From Salpingoeca rosetta (Eukaryota > Protista > Choanoflagellata), in assembly GCA_033442325.1 (NCBI GenBank), contig JAWQFM010000003.1, positions 1,561,063-1,625,062 on the forward strand: a stretch of 64,000 nucleotides of DNA. The letters run 5' to 3'. The notes below the pieces were generated by a model that had not been told where the DNA came from, made no database searches, and saw only the letters and a program-made list of their open reading frames with translations. How positions within the stretch are numbered: position 1 is the first letter of the stretch; each line of letters begins with the position of its first letter. A program made the translations under genes and the position numbers. Positions 1-17,017 of this stretch are shown here, in pieces.

Positions 1-3000
1 GCCCTCACAGCACAGGTGGAGGACGCCACCCGCAAGCTGGAACAGGCCCAGCACCAGCACGAGGCGGAGCAGAGCGCACTGCAGGAGGAGCTCACCGCGG
101 CCAAGCAGGACGCGGCGCAGCGGGCGCAGGAGCACGCCGAGGCCGAGGCAGAGCTGCAGGCGCGCGTGCAGGCGCTGGAGAACCAAATGACGACGTCCGC
201 CCGCGAGGCAGCCGACCGCGCCCGGGCCACGCAGACGCAGCTGGAGCAGCAGGTGCAGGACCTGCGGGCCGCAAAGGACGCCGCCGAGGCAGAGGTAGAG
301 CGGCTCACGAACGCCCTGCAGGCGCAGCAGGCCGCAGCGCGCACGCGTGAGCAGGAGTTGCAAGGCAACGTGCAGGCTCTACGGGAGGACCTGGCCAACA
401 AGCAGCACGAGCTGGAGGAAGCGGCGACAGCGCGGCAGCGGCAGCAGCGCGACGCAGAGACGGCCGCGCGCGAGCTGGAGCTGCGGGTGCAGCAGCTGGG
501 CAAGCGCAACGCTGTGCTGCAGGACGAGGTGGACAAGCTGACGGCGATGGACCGAGCGGCAGTTACGCGGGCGAGCCCCTCTGTACGGCCCGACAGCGAC
601 GAGGCCCTGCAGCAGCTGCAGGTGCAGGTGCAGGACCTGCGCAAGCAGCTGGCAAGCACGCAGGCGAAGATGCGACAGCAGGACGAGGAGCACGAGATGC
701 GCGCCAAGGAGCTGCAGGCGCTGTTCGAGTCTGAGCGGATGGATTTCGACCTGCGGCTGCGCGACGAGCGCGCACGTACGCAGCTGGCGCAGAACGAAGC
801 AGCAACCCTGCAGGGCAACAAGGACACCGTCGTGGCTGACCTCCGCGCCAGGCTGGCTGCCAAGACGCGGCAGCTGGAGGAGGCGGCAGCGGCCCACGCG
901 CAGACCGTGGGAGAGGCGCGGCGGGAGCTGGCCACGCTGCAGAAGCAGCACGCCGCCCTGCAGCACGAGTACGAGCAGTCGCAGCACTCTGCGGCCGTGG
1001 TTGAGGACGTGGACCGGGCCCGCGCCTCGCAGGAGGTGCAGGAGTTGCAGCAGCAAGTGCGAGCGCTGCGCGCAAAGGTGGCCGCTGCGGAGACCACGGC
1101 CAAGCAGCACGACGCCGACGTTGCGCGCCTGCGCCAGGAGTACGAGGCAAAGCTGCGGGAGCAGCTGTCCCTGGTGGAGTCCAAGCACGTTGCTGCGGCG
1201 GAGCAGGCGTATGCGCGCGTGCGGCAGCTTGAGGACGACGTGACTGCCGCGCAGGAGGCGCGCCGCAAGGCCGCAGAGCAGTTTGCGCAGCAGCTGGAGG
1301 CCAAGGACGCGCACATGCAAGACACCGTCGAGGCGTTGGAGGCGAACGTCAGCGCGCAGCGGGCACGGGCAGACAAGCTTGAGGCCGAGATGGACAGGCT
1401 GCGGCGTGATGCGGCGGCTGCGGCGGCCCGCCTTGCAGACGCGCGCCAGGGGCACGAGGAGCAAGTGGCGCTGCTGCGCGCGGAGTACGAGACGAAGCTG
1501 GCGCAGGCCGCAGACACCCTGGCCACCGCGGAGCGCGAGAAGGGCGCGTCACCGCAGGAGGTGGGTGCGCTGCGGCAGCAGCTGCTGGCCAAGCTCGAGG
1601 AGCAGCAGGCGCTGTTTGAGGCGGAGCGCAGCTCTCTGCGGGAGCACGTGCGCGAGCTGGCGGAGGAGCGAGACGCCCTGCAGCAGCAGCTGGCAGACAC
1701 GACGGCGAACCTGCAAGGGGAGGTTGACCGGCTGGGCTTTGAGCACCGCAGCCAGGCACAACGCACGCTGGCTGCAGAGGCGGAGCGCGATGGTGTGGCT
1801 GCCCAGGCAGAGCGGTACAAGGCGCAGCTGGCCGAGCAGGAGACTGCAATGCAGGCGCTGGAGCTGGAGCGCGATCGCATGCGGGAGCAGCTGCGCACGG
1901 CCAGCCAGCACCTGTCGGACGACGAGCGCGTGCAGTACGAGCAAGAGCTGCAGCTGCTGCGCGCCAAGGTGAACGAGCAGGAGATGCTGCTGTCCTCAGC
2001 CACGTCCGAGGCAGACCGTCTGTCCGCAGACACGCTCACGCGCCTGCGGGAGAAGGATGCGCTGTTCCAGGGCGAGCGGCGCGACGCAGAGGTGCGCCTG
2101 AAGCGCCTGCGCACCGAGCTCGCAGACGCACAGGCGGCGATGCAGCGGCTGACGGCGAGCAAGCAAGCGGCGGACCGAGAACTGGAGGCCCTCCGCATGC
2201 AGCTGAGCCAGGCCGCGGCTGCTCGCCAGGATGCGGCGCGTGCGTTTGAGTCTCGCATTGCGCACCTGGACACGCAGCTCGCACACGTGCGGGATGAGAA
2301 GGCTGAGCTGGCACAGGCTGTGGCACAGCTCAGGGCCGGCGACCCAGACGCGATGGCATCGCTGCAGGTGCAGCACGCCAAGCAGACGGACGAACTGTCC
2401 GATCGCGTGCAGACGCTGAGCGCCAAGGCGCGGGCGCTTGAGACGGAGCGGGTGGCGCTCGCCTCCGAGCTGGAGTCGCAGCGGCAGCATGCTGCGGCGC
2501 AGAAGGCCACGCTTGAGCAGCAGCTACAAGGCACGATGGAGGAGCTGACACACCTGCGGGACCAGATGACCGCCATGGACGAGGAGCGTGCTGCGGCGAT
2601 GGGCGCCGTCAAGGGCGAGCACGAGCACGCTGTCGTGCAGATGCAGGGCGCACTCAAGGACAAGGAGGCAGAGGTGTCGTCGCTGCTGCAGCAATTGCGG
2701 GCGAAGGAGTCTGAGCTGGAGGCGGCGCAGGCAGAGGGCGCGGCGGCAGCAAGCCGCGCAGACGCAAAGGTGCGCAGTCTCCAAGATGAGCTGGCCCGTG
2801 AGCAGAGCGAGCGTGCACTGCGGGACCTGGACGTCAAGGCGGCGCGCGATGACTTGGAGCGGCAGAAGCAGCAGCACGACGCAACGGTGGCTGACCTGCG
2901 AGAGCAAGTGACCACAAAGGAGGCTGAGCTTGCGGCGCTGCGTGCGGCCCACCGCGGCGACCAGGACACCTTGCTCAAGGCCACCGAGGAGCGCGTGCAG

Positions 3001-6000
3001 CGGCTGCAAACCGAGCTGGCAGCTGCGCGCGAAGGCAGGGACGCACTCGTGCGCGACTTCCAGGAGAAGGTGGCGCAGAACAGGCAGCGGCTGACCGAAC
3101 TCCTGCAGGAGAAGGACGCGCAGCTGCGCACGCTGCAGGACCGCATGCACGAGCTGTCTCTGGTCAACAGCAAACTCGTCTCGGACAAGGCGCGCCTGCT
3201 GGATGACTTGACAGCCAAGCCCGCGGCCGTTTCGCGTAGCGGCACAGGCAGCCGTACCTGGACCCCCGTCAAGGCAGCGCCGCCGCCAACAGCAGAGAAA
3301 CAGCAACGACAAGGACAAGGGCAAGAAGGTGAGGCTGAGACCCAAGGTGAAGAAGCAAGAGCAGGCGATTCCGTCCGCTCGTCTTCATCCATGTCATCCC
3401 CTGAGACGGAACGCGACGGGCACACGGCGCTGGGAGAAGACGATAGCGAGGCACAGGAGGTTGCCGGTGCGTTTGTGGCCGTGTATGCCAGCGGCCGCAG
3501 CAGTGGCGGCGCCGATGCGTCATCGCGTGCGCAACAGCTGCAGTGGGAGGTGCAGCGGCAGCGGGCCACTGTGACGCGGCTCGAGGCCGAGAACAGGCGG
3601 CTGGATGCGCTGCTGCGCGAGAGCGAGGTGCTGGGCCAGCAGAGCATGCGCTCCGACGCATCGCAGCGGCACAGCCTGGAGGCGACGGTGTCACGCCTCA
3701 AGGACGAGCTTGCACGCGTCGTTGACGACAAGGCCGCGAGCGCAGCTCGGTTTGAGCAGCACGCGCGCGAGCAGCAGGAGCGCATTGCCACCATGGCGGA
3801 CGCGCAGGCGAAGACGCGCAAGAAACTGCACGACGTGAAGCTGGAGCTGGCTGCAGCACAGGAGAGACTGCGCCAACAGCAGCAACAGCTGCTGCAAGCA
3901 GAAGGGGATGGGACCAAGGCTGAGAAGGAGCACGGGCAGGAGTTGCAGGGCGACGACGCACACGAGGTTGCGCAACTGCAGGCCACGGTGCTGCACTTGG
4001 AGGGCGAACTGACGGCACGAGACGGCCGCATCGACGCGCTCAGCGCACAGGTGAGTGCGGCGCAGCTGCTGCTGGAGGAAACCAAGTCCGATGCAAGCGC
4101 ACGCACGGCTGAGCTGACGGCGCGTGCCGAGCAAGCGGAGCGGGCGGCGGCATCTGCGCAGGAGTCGTGGCGGTCGCAGGCGGCGGCGTACCAGGAGAAG
4201 CTGGGCGACAAGCAGGCTGAGGTGGAGACGAAGGAAGCCACCATCCGCCGCCTCAATTCGGAGATTGAGCGCTTGCTTGGGCGCGTGGCGGCCCTCAAGG
4301 AAAACGCCGACGTGCTTGCGGCAGATCGCCTGCAGGGGACGCCCGCACGAGGCGCAGCGTCATCCCCAGCAGCCCCTTCCGCTGCCACTGCCACGGCTGA
4401 CCTCGACAAACTGCATGAGATGCGGCGGCAGCGCGATGCTGCGAGCAGACGGGCGGACGCGCTGGAGAAGGAGCTGACGGCGGTGTCGCGGCAGCTGGCG
4501 CAGGCGAGGGCAAGGGCTGCAGCAGATGGCATTGGCGCGAGCAACGCGCACGGTGCTGTGGAGGCGCATATGCAGAAGCTGGGGGAAGAGCTGGGCAGGG
4601 TGCGGGAGGAGCGCGACGCAGCAGCAAACGCGTTTGAGGCCAAGCTGGACGCAGCAGCGCAAGCGACGGAGGCGAAGGAGCAAGAGGTGGCGGCGCTGCG
4701 GGCGCAGGTGGAGCGGTTGAACGCAGAGGTGTCACGGATGGCGGCGGCCATGGCTGAGGGCGATGCGGACAAGGCGGCAGCGCAGGAGCTGGAGCGACTG
4801 GCAACGGCACTTGCTGCAGCAGAGGGCGCGCTGGCGCAGGCCGAGACAGAGAACGAAGCCTTGGCTGCACGCCTGCGCAACGTGGAGCCAAAGGCAAACG
4901 AGGCCGTGCGGGTGCAGGGCGACCTGCAACGCGCACTGAGCGAGCGCCTGGAGGCGGCGCAGGCGTTCAAGGCGAGCGTGCACGACCTGGAGAAGCGGCT
5001 GGACCGCGCGCTCGGGGAGAACAAGCAGCTACTTGCTGAGCTGGGCCGCCGTGCGCCTTCTGAGCAGCAGCAACCGGAGGAGGAGGAGGGCACGTCGAGC
5101 GCGAAGCTGAAGCGCCCGCAGCGCATGAGCTTTGGGCAGGAGGGCATGATGCGATCGCCGTCCGCCGCCAGCAGCACGGGCGCAGACTTCCGCCTCGGCA
5201 GCAGCGTGCCGTCGGAGAGGAACGCGTATGATGGCGCCGAGATGGCCAAGGCAGACGCACTGCTGCATGGCGCCGCGGCGGCAGAGGACGCCATGTCCGC
5301 AGCGAGCCGAGCCTTGTCGGAGACGGGCAGTGCCACGGGCGACAGCGCGGGCCACACCCTGGTCCTGCTCCGCACGGAGAACGCCAAGCTGCGGGGCCGC
5401 GTGGCCGAGCTTGAAGCGGAGCTCGCAGTCCGCCGCGCTGGCGGTGCCGCCTCAACGGACGCCGGCATCAATGGCACGGCGCCAGCAGCAGCGGCAGCAA
5501 GGGGAGGGCACCAGCCGTACTCGCGGGTGCGCCAGCTGCAGCTTGAGTTGCAACGTGTGCTGCGTGAGCGCGCGGACGTGGTTGAGGACTTTGAGCAGCG
5601 GCTGCGGGCGATGGAGCTGCGGGCCCAGGATGCGGCCGCTGCGCGGGAAAAGCTTGCGCGTCAGCTGATTACGCTGTCGCAGAGTGACCGCCGGCCAAGC
5701 GCATCCAACGCGAGCAAGCCGCACTCGCCCCCACACAACAACACGAACATGCGCGCGGAGCTGTCGTCGTTGCAGCGGGAGAACATTGCCTTGCATCAGG
5801 AGGTGCAACGGCTGCGCACGCTCGCACACGGCCGCGCAGCCCAGCCGCACACGCCGCACACGCCACAGACGCCGAGCACGGGGTCATTTGCGTATCGGGA
5901 TGGCGGCGTGAGCAAATCGGGTGCCATGCAGCGCATTGGTCAGCTCGAGCAGGAGCTGGACCGCATGCAGAAGGAGCGGCAGATGCGGCAACAGGGCGCC

Positions 6001-6261
6001 TTCACGTCGCACGGCCACCAGCAGCAGCAGCCGCCGCAGCAGCGCCGGGGTGGCAGTATCGGTGCCGGCTATGCATATGGCGGAATGGTGGCGTCGTCTG
6101 TGAGCTCTGTCACAAGCACCGGTGGCCGGGCAGCCAAGTCACGCGCCACAGCATGGGTGCGTATGCGTGTTGGGGGAGGGGGGAGTTGTTTGTTTGTAGC
6201 TTTGTTTGTTTGTTTGTAGCTTTGTTTGTTTGTAGCTTTGTTTGTTTGTAGCTTTGTTTGT

Positions 6262-6292
<31 letters not shown>

Positions 6293-6294
6293 CG

Positions 6295-6346
<52 letters not shown>

Positions 6347-6575
6347 TACCTCTGCCTGTACCTTGTTTGTTTGCATCTCTGTGCTCCAGTACCTCTCCTT
6401 GTCTGTGTTTCTGTTCACGTCGCAGCGTCGTTGTCTTGATTTGCATGCCCTTTCCATGCACTGGATACACATGCTCACCTGTCCATTCCCATTCACGTGT
6501 ACGCCGCCGTTTCTGTAGGTTGCTGCTGAGCGGAGTGGCAGCTCCCGCACCTGGGCAGTACGCCCTGGTGCATAA
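1..6575 (+). CDS. Very large coiled-coil protein, 5'-partial. Exon <1-6156, intron 6157-6518, terminal exon 6519-6575
   Basis: Frame 1 is open from base 1 for >2050 codons of A/E/Q/L/R-rich heptad sequence with strong GC3 bias. Donor TGG|gtgcgt at 6157 precedes TTTG/GT microsatellites; acceptor ttctgtag|GTT at 6518 gives an in-phase tail VAAERSGSSRTWAVRPGA*. No globular domain recognised. Confidence 0.85.
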
Positions 6576-7125
6576 CTCAGAATCACCACATCCACCGTTG
6601 CTGCTGCTCTCTGTAGTGTTGCACTGTCTGTGTTGACGAATGGTTTGTTGCTGGCGCTTGGTTGCTGGCTTTCTTGGGTTCTTGCCTGATGGTTGAGCTG
6701 TATACAGTGATACGATGACAGTTGCTGCTTGTCCCTGCCTTCCTTCCTTGATTGGTTTGTTTTGTTTTGTTTTGAATTCACCACGTGGTCGGAGCATCTC
6801 ACTCGATGCGCTTGCTGATGCTTTTCAATGTTGTACATTGCCACTGTGACGAAAGTGTCGCCCTTTCCATCATTTTTGTTTATGTTATCTGCTCATACAC
6901 GCTGATGAATCAGGTCTACACCGTATGAGCAGGATTGCAGGGGAAGAAGAGGGGATGGAGATGGCACCAGACAATGGCAGCGAGGCAGGGGTTTGGTTAA
7001 TGGACACGAGCTCATTGGTATGGGGACATGACATGAAAGAAAGCACACAAAAAAGGTGGCGCCAACAGAGTCGCAGTGAATGAAAGAGGGACGAGGAGAC
7101 AGGAAGAGAAACTGCAAGAGAGCAC

Positions 7126-7233
<108 letters not shown>

Positions 7234-7247
7234 CCTGGTGTGATCTG

Positions 7248-7716
7248 CTAGTTGGTTTGCTTGAGGTCCTTTGTGTCAATCATTTGTTTGCCGCACATGG
7301 CGCAAATGCCTGCGATGAGAACAGGGAAGGGCAGAGGCGGTGTTGTGTGACGGCTTGATGTGAGCAAGACACGAGTCGTCAATATGGGTCTGAGACGGAA
7401 GCATGCGACATCAAGTTGCAAACCAACGAGGCCAGACTTCACACAGCCACCAGGAAGCACGAGCAAGCCAGACACGCAACGAACACGCACCAATCTTGTA
7501 TGCGCATCCTTGACAATAGTGGGCGTGCTTCTGGTGCACCTTGACCTTGCAAATCTTACACTTGTGAAACTGCTCATAAGGGTTGAATCTACACACAGGG
7601 CACGTGTTGACAATTTGCGAGTGGCAAGTTGGGCGGAGGTAAGTTGCGTGTAGATAAGGGGTTACATAACACGCGTGTGGTGTGTGTCTGTGTCTGTGTC
7701 TGTCTGTCTGTCTGTA

Positions 7717-7755
<39 letters not shown>

Positions 7756-7756
7756 A

Positions 7757-7817
<61 letters not shown>

Positions 7818-8404
7818 GCGTGGGTGTGTGGGTGTGTGGGTGTGCGTGTGTGGGTGTGCGTGAACAAAATGTCGTGGCACGGTACCTGTTCTTTTTCCCT
7901 TTGAGCAACTTGTTCGCACCGATCTTGCGCTTGTCGGATGCTGTGACAAAGGAGGGGAGTGCGATTGTGAGATGAAGGTCACGTCAATTGTGGTGCCAAC
8001 AGGGCAGTGGTGGCGCAGCAGAAACCCTTGTAGAAGATGCACACGCACATGTGCATTCGTATGCTGAGATGCGCACATGCATGCACACACGCACGTTCAC
8101 ACACAAACACACACACAAGGATACAACTGCGCGCTAGTTCGACTCACCGTTTGTGTTTCGTGCGCCGTCCTTCCACTTGTCTGGCGTCTCCAGCTTTGCC
8201 AGCTTCTTTTCACCTGCGAGATGAGCGCAACAAAGACACATGGACGGACAGGGATGTGGACATGAGAAAAACACGACTGATCATGCACGTAACGGCAACA
8301 CGGACTCACGCATGCGCATGCGTACATGCATCACATGCATACATGCGTACATACATCACATGCATACATCACACTCAAACTAACTTACATTTCGCGCACA
8401 CCAT
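7248..8404 (-). CDS. CRIPT: CRIPT-family cysteine-rich protein, 98 aa, 5 exons (8404-8389, 8213-8148, 7940-7886, 7588-7491, 7309-7248)
   Basis: Spliced product [98 protein letters not shown] matches CRIPT motifs (MVCxKCEKKL, PDxWKDGARN, [17 protein letters not shown]). All introns are GT-AG and in phase (297 nt total). Confidence 0.95.
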
Positions 8405-8494
8405 ATCTTGGGTGGTGGTTGATGTGGTTGATGTGGTGAGGATTGATGTGTGCGGTTGTGGTCGTTGGCGTTGCTTTTTTAGCTTGTTGTTGAA

Positions 8495-8521
8495 ACTGGA
8501 TTAAGTCGGAACTGAATTCAC
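8495..8521. promoter_or_regulatory. Candidate bidirectional core-promoter motif (ACTGAATTCAC at 8511-8521, degenerate ACTGGATTAAGT at 8495-8506)
   Basis: Lies midway in the 205-bp gap between the divergent CRIPT and ALT start codons; the same palindrome occurs at 15729 and 40494. Confidence 0.45.
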
Positions 8522-8609
8522 TTATATTGCGAAATGTGCTGAGTCATTGCACCCACATGCGACACAAACCCCACAACACCCCACAACCCACCAACCAAAC
8601 CCACCAACC

Positions 8610-13148
<4,539 letters not shown>

Positions 13149-13185
13149 AGCCGCGCCTGCTACTTCCAACCCACCAGCTTTCCTC

Positions 13186-13227
<42 letters not shown>

Positions 13228-13266
13228 GGTGCTCTTTCACCGCGTGCACACACACACACGCGCGCG

Positions 13267-13305
<39 letters not shown>

Positions 13306-13583
13306 GCACGCACACACACACACACACACACATATTCTCTGTATCAACACTCGAAGAGCGACAACAGCTACCCCGTCACAGAGGTCGGGGGTGCGCCACC
13401 ACCACAGACCTGCCGCCTTGTTTTGGGTCTCGAGCTCCTCGCGCGTCTCCATATATTTCTATATCGGAGAGCACACACGTGACGCGCACACGCGTGTGTG
13501 CATATGAGATTCACCACTCTGGAGGGTGTGGGTGTGGGAAGAGAAGAGAACAAGATGTGAAAAATCCGTGTGCGCACAAGTGT

Positions 13584-13586
<3 letters not shown>

Positions 13587-13673
<87 letters not shown>
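13587..13673. repeat. (CA)n microsatellite
   Basis: Pure run beginning 10 nt downstream of the Niban-like stop codon; (GU)n on its sense strand. Confidence 0.95.
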
Positions 13674-13676
<3 letters not shown>

Positions 13677-13682
13677 GTGCGC

Positions 13683-15389
13683 CTACTCGTTGGCCATTGC
13701 GGCCTCGACGGCCTCCGATGCGGCCGTCTCAATGATGTTGGCAATGACATCCTCCAGCACCCCGCTGACGGAAAAGTACTCCTGCAGTGGCTCCGGGATA
13801 AGCGAGTCGAGTGGCTCAACAGCGCCGCCGCACGCAGCGCCGAGAGGCTCGCCAACAAGCGCGCTGACCAGGCCGCCCACAAACTCGCCCACGGCCTCTG
13901 CCACGTCGATGCGCGCGTCGTGGTGGTACTTCTCCTTGATCTGCGTCAGCACCACCTCCTGCTTCTCCTGCACCTGCGAGTGCTCGCCGTTGGTGGCGTC
14001 CTCGAGCGACACCTCAAACGTGTACGCGGCGCGCTCGGTGTTCTCAAAGGTGGCCTCCCGCAGCGCCATGACAAAGTCGCCGAGCTGCAGGTTGTCCACA
14101 ACCTCCTTGACGTTGTCGACGACGCCAGAGACGCCCTCTGGGATGAGGCCAAACACCTCCTCCGCCGTCAGCAGGGCCTCCAGCGACGAAAACGCCTCAA
14201 TGGGCTGCACCATCTTGTCGTGGGAGCGCTTGATGTGGCGCATGGAGGGGTTTCCCCCCGTGGCGCGCTCCTCGCAGTAGGCGGCCGTCTCGGCCTCCAG
14301 CACGGGCTCGATCGAGGCAACGGGCTCCTTGGTGCGCGGGATGAGGAAGGCGGCCACCTTGGTGCACACGGGCACGATCACCTTCTCGCGCATCGGCGCC
14401 ACGACAGGCTCAATGGCGTCGTTGATCTTGTCCGTGAGCGTGCCGCGGGTGGACTCGGCCTGCTCGGCGACCTTGGAGAAGCCCGTCTCCACCAGCTGCT
14501 TGGCCTTGTCCAGGGCGGCCATGGTGGCCACCCAGCTGGCCTTGACCGTCGTCTCCACCAGCTTGTACACCGTCTCAAAGCCCTTGGCGAGCGCCTTGAC
14601 CTTGATGTTGGCCGGGCCGGGCACATTGGCAAAGGCGTCGTCGCCGACGCGTTTGCGCCATGTGTAGTTGGCGAGGATCTCGGTGAGGATGTCGACCTCG
14701 GAACCGTACGGCAGGGCCTCCCACAGGCGGTTCCTGAGGTTTTCCACGGCCTTGTCAAAGGCCTCCTTCTGCAGCTCGTCCTTGAGGGTGCCGGCCTCGA
14801 CGTTGCGCACACACGTGTGCAGGATGTCGGCCCACTCATCAAACTGGGCCTGGTCCTTGCACTTGATGAGCCAGCGGCGCTTGACGCGGTGGTAGCACTC
14901 GAGCGTGTAGGGCTCGTACTTGCTGTACTCGCCCGCGTTGCCGCCAAACAGCTTGGCCAGCTCCTGCTTCTCCTCCTGCTTGCGCTGGTTGGGGTTTGTG
15001 ACGACGGTGTAGCCGCTGAGGTTGATGGAGCCCTTGGGGGAGCCGCCGCTCTTGTACTTGTCCTCCGTCTCGTAGTAGTCGATGACGTGGTCGGGGCGCA
15101 CCACGAAGAAGCGCTCCTTCCAGTTCTTGCGCACCTGGCCGCGCTTCACCAGCTGGGCAGTGAACAGGGGCTCGTTGCTCTCCTCGGCCTCTGGGCGCAC
15201 AAGGAGCTGGCGCTCGTTCTCGCCCTCGCCCTCATCGTCGCCGCCGCCGCTGCCGCCGCTGTTCTGCAGCGCATCCTCGATCAGCGCAGACTTGTACAGT
15301 GACACAAACTCCTTTGTGAACGAGGCCAGGTTGGACGTCACATCCTTGCGGATCTGGTCCAACTTCTCTGCATTCAGGATATCCGTCAT
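13683..15389 (-). CDS. Niban/FAM129-like PH-domain protein, 568 aa, intronless CDS
   Basis: Single ORF with strong codon bias, ATG at 15389. PH domain (LVKRGQVRKNWKERFFVV...YYE...PKGSINLSGY...EWADIL) is preceded by FxxxFxxxY and QLLxR segments and followed by a long helical region (AFDKAV, GSEVDILTEIL), as I recall for Niban family proteins. Confidence 0.8.
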   Translation of the reverse strand: MTDILNAEKLDQIRKDVTSNLASFTKEFVSLYKSALIEDALQNSGGSGGGDDEGEGENERQLLVRPEAEESNEPLFTAQLVKRGQVRKNWKERFFVVRPDHVIDYYETEDKYKSGGSPKGSINLSGYTVVTNPNQRKQEEKQELAKLFGGNAGEYSKYEPYTLECYHRVKRRWLIKCKDQAQFDEWADILHTCVRNVEAGTLKDELQKEAFDKAVENLRNRLWEALPYGSEVDILTEILANYTWRKRVGDDAFANVPGPANIKVKALAKGFETVYKLVETTVKASWVATMAALDKAKQLVETGFSKVAEQAESTRGTLTDKINDAIEPVVAPMREKVIVPVCTKVAAFLIPRTKEPVASIEPVLEAETAAYCEERATGGNPSMRHIKRSHDKMVQPIEAFSSLEALLTAEEVFGLIPEGVSGVVDNVKEVVDNLQLGDFVMALREATFENTERAAYTFEVSLEDATNGEHSQVQEKQEVVLTQIKEKYHHDARIDVAEAVGEFVGGLVSALVGEPLGAACGGAVEPLDSLIPEPLQEYFSVSGVLEDVIANIIETAASEAVEAAMANE

Positions 15390-15405
15390 GGTGCCTGCTG
15401 CTGGC

Positions 15406-15437
<32 letters not shown>

Positions 15438-15728
15438 GCGGGTTGAGGAAGGAGAAGAGGGTGGTGGTGGTGGTGGATGGAATCGAGAGATGGAATCGAG
15501 AGACAAAGGAAGAGAAATGATGCGCTACAGGTTGGCTGGGCTGGCTGGGCTGGCTGGGCTGGCATGTGCACAACAACAGTAACAAAAGAGAGCGATGACG
15601 AAAAAAGGAAAACACGCTGAGTTGGCGTGCGAGTGCGCGATTGCAGCAACGCCCGAAAATCAGAACAAAATTTACACAATTTATCCACAGACAGGCTGTG
15701 GGCATTTTGTGGTGTTGTGATGTGGTGA

Positions 15729-15742
15729 GACTGAATTCAGTC
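15729..15742. promoter_or_regulatory. Perfect 14-bp palindrome GACTGAATTCAGTC in the Niban/B3GALT6 divergent promoter
   Basis: Self-complementary; ends 15 nt upstream of the GT31 ATG at 15757. Confidence 0.5.
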
Positions 15743-15756
15743 CGGTGTCAACCACG

Positions 15757-16975
15757 ATGCGTTTGAGCGGGAGCTTGGTGGCGGCGTGTGCGCTGACCGC
15801 GGTGGTGGTGGTGCTGTTCATGCTGCGCCTGCAGAGGCACGGCGGCGGCTGCTATGACGATGACGTCGGGGCTAGTGGTGGTGGTGCAAGGGTGGACAGT
15901 CGCAAGTATCGTCGCATCAACGCAGACGCTGTACGTCGCCACTTGAGAGATGGGAGATGGGGAAGATGGATCAGGTTCAGTGCGTGTGTCTGTGTGTCTG
16001 TGTGTGTCTGTGTGTGTCTGTGTGTCTGTGTGTCTGTGTGTCTGTGTGTGTCTGTGTGTCTGTGTGTCTGTGTGTGTCTGTGTACATGTGCGTGTGTGTG
16101 TGTGTGTGTGTGTGTGCATGTGTACATGTGTCTGCGTGTGTGTCTGCGTGTGTACATGTGTCTGCGTGTGTATGTGCTTGTGTGGGTGTGCATATCTTTT
16201 TCATGATACATGTTGCATATTGGAGCATCACAGATTTTGACACGGTATGCGTGCCTTGTTTTGTTTTTGTTTTGTTTTTTGTTTGTTCTTGCGTCGACCT
16301 TTCCTCAACAACAGGGACCCGTGCTGTTTGTCGCAGTGTTCTCTGCAAAGGAAAACAAGCTGCAACGCGACACCATTCGACAAACCTGGATGGCCAACCT
16401 TCCAGCGTGAGTTGTGCGTGTATGAAGTATGAGGGGATTTGCCTGGTCCTTGTTGCGCCGGAATGCTGCTTGCCCGTGTATGAGCAGTGCAGGCGCCGCC
16501 TGCTCTGCGTGACCATGCACATATGCGCTGTGGCTTTCGTTGCTTGCTGACTCACGCTCGTTTCCCAACGCTTGCTCGACGGCATAACAACGCGCACGCG
16601 GAAACACAACGCCAAGTGGGACCATGGTGCGGTTCTTCATCGGAAGCGGGCAAGTCACAGACGAAGACCTGAGGGCTCTGAGAGCCGAGAGCAACAAGAA
16701 CAAGGACATTGCATTCCTGCCACAAGTGGTCGAGTCCTACACTTCGCTCAGCGACAAGCTCATCGAGACACTCAAGTGGATCGACGACCTGTACCCAGAC
16801 ATTGAGTTTGTGACCAAGGTAGCGACTTGGACATGCCTTTCCGTGTGCATGCCCAGTACTTTCCTTCGTTGTCGCCTGCTTCCCACATGTCTCTGTGTCT
16901 GTCTGTCTGTGTCTGTCTGTCTGTGTTTGTCTGTGTGTGTGTGTCTGTCTGTCTGTCTGTGTTTGTCTGTGTGTG

Positions 16976-17017
<42 letters not shown>

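Noticed and set aside
6841-6935. Possible hammerhead ribozyme (CTGATGA at 6902, GAAA at 6851)
   Set aside because: Stem II cannot form (no G-C closing pair), and stems I and III around a UH site are not evident.
13479-15302. 607-aa plus-strand ORF antisense to the Niban-like gene
   Set aside because: Shadow ORF caused by strong GC3 codon bias on the opposite strand; it begins in a (CA)n tract and has no recognisable motifs.
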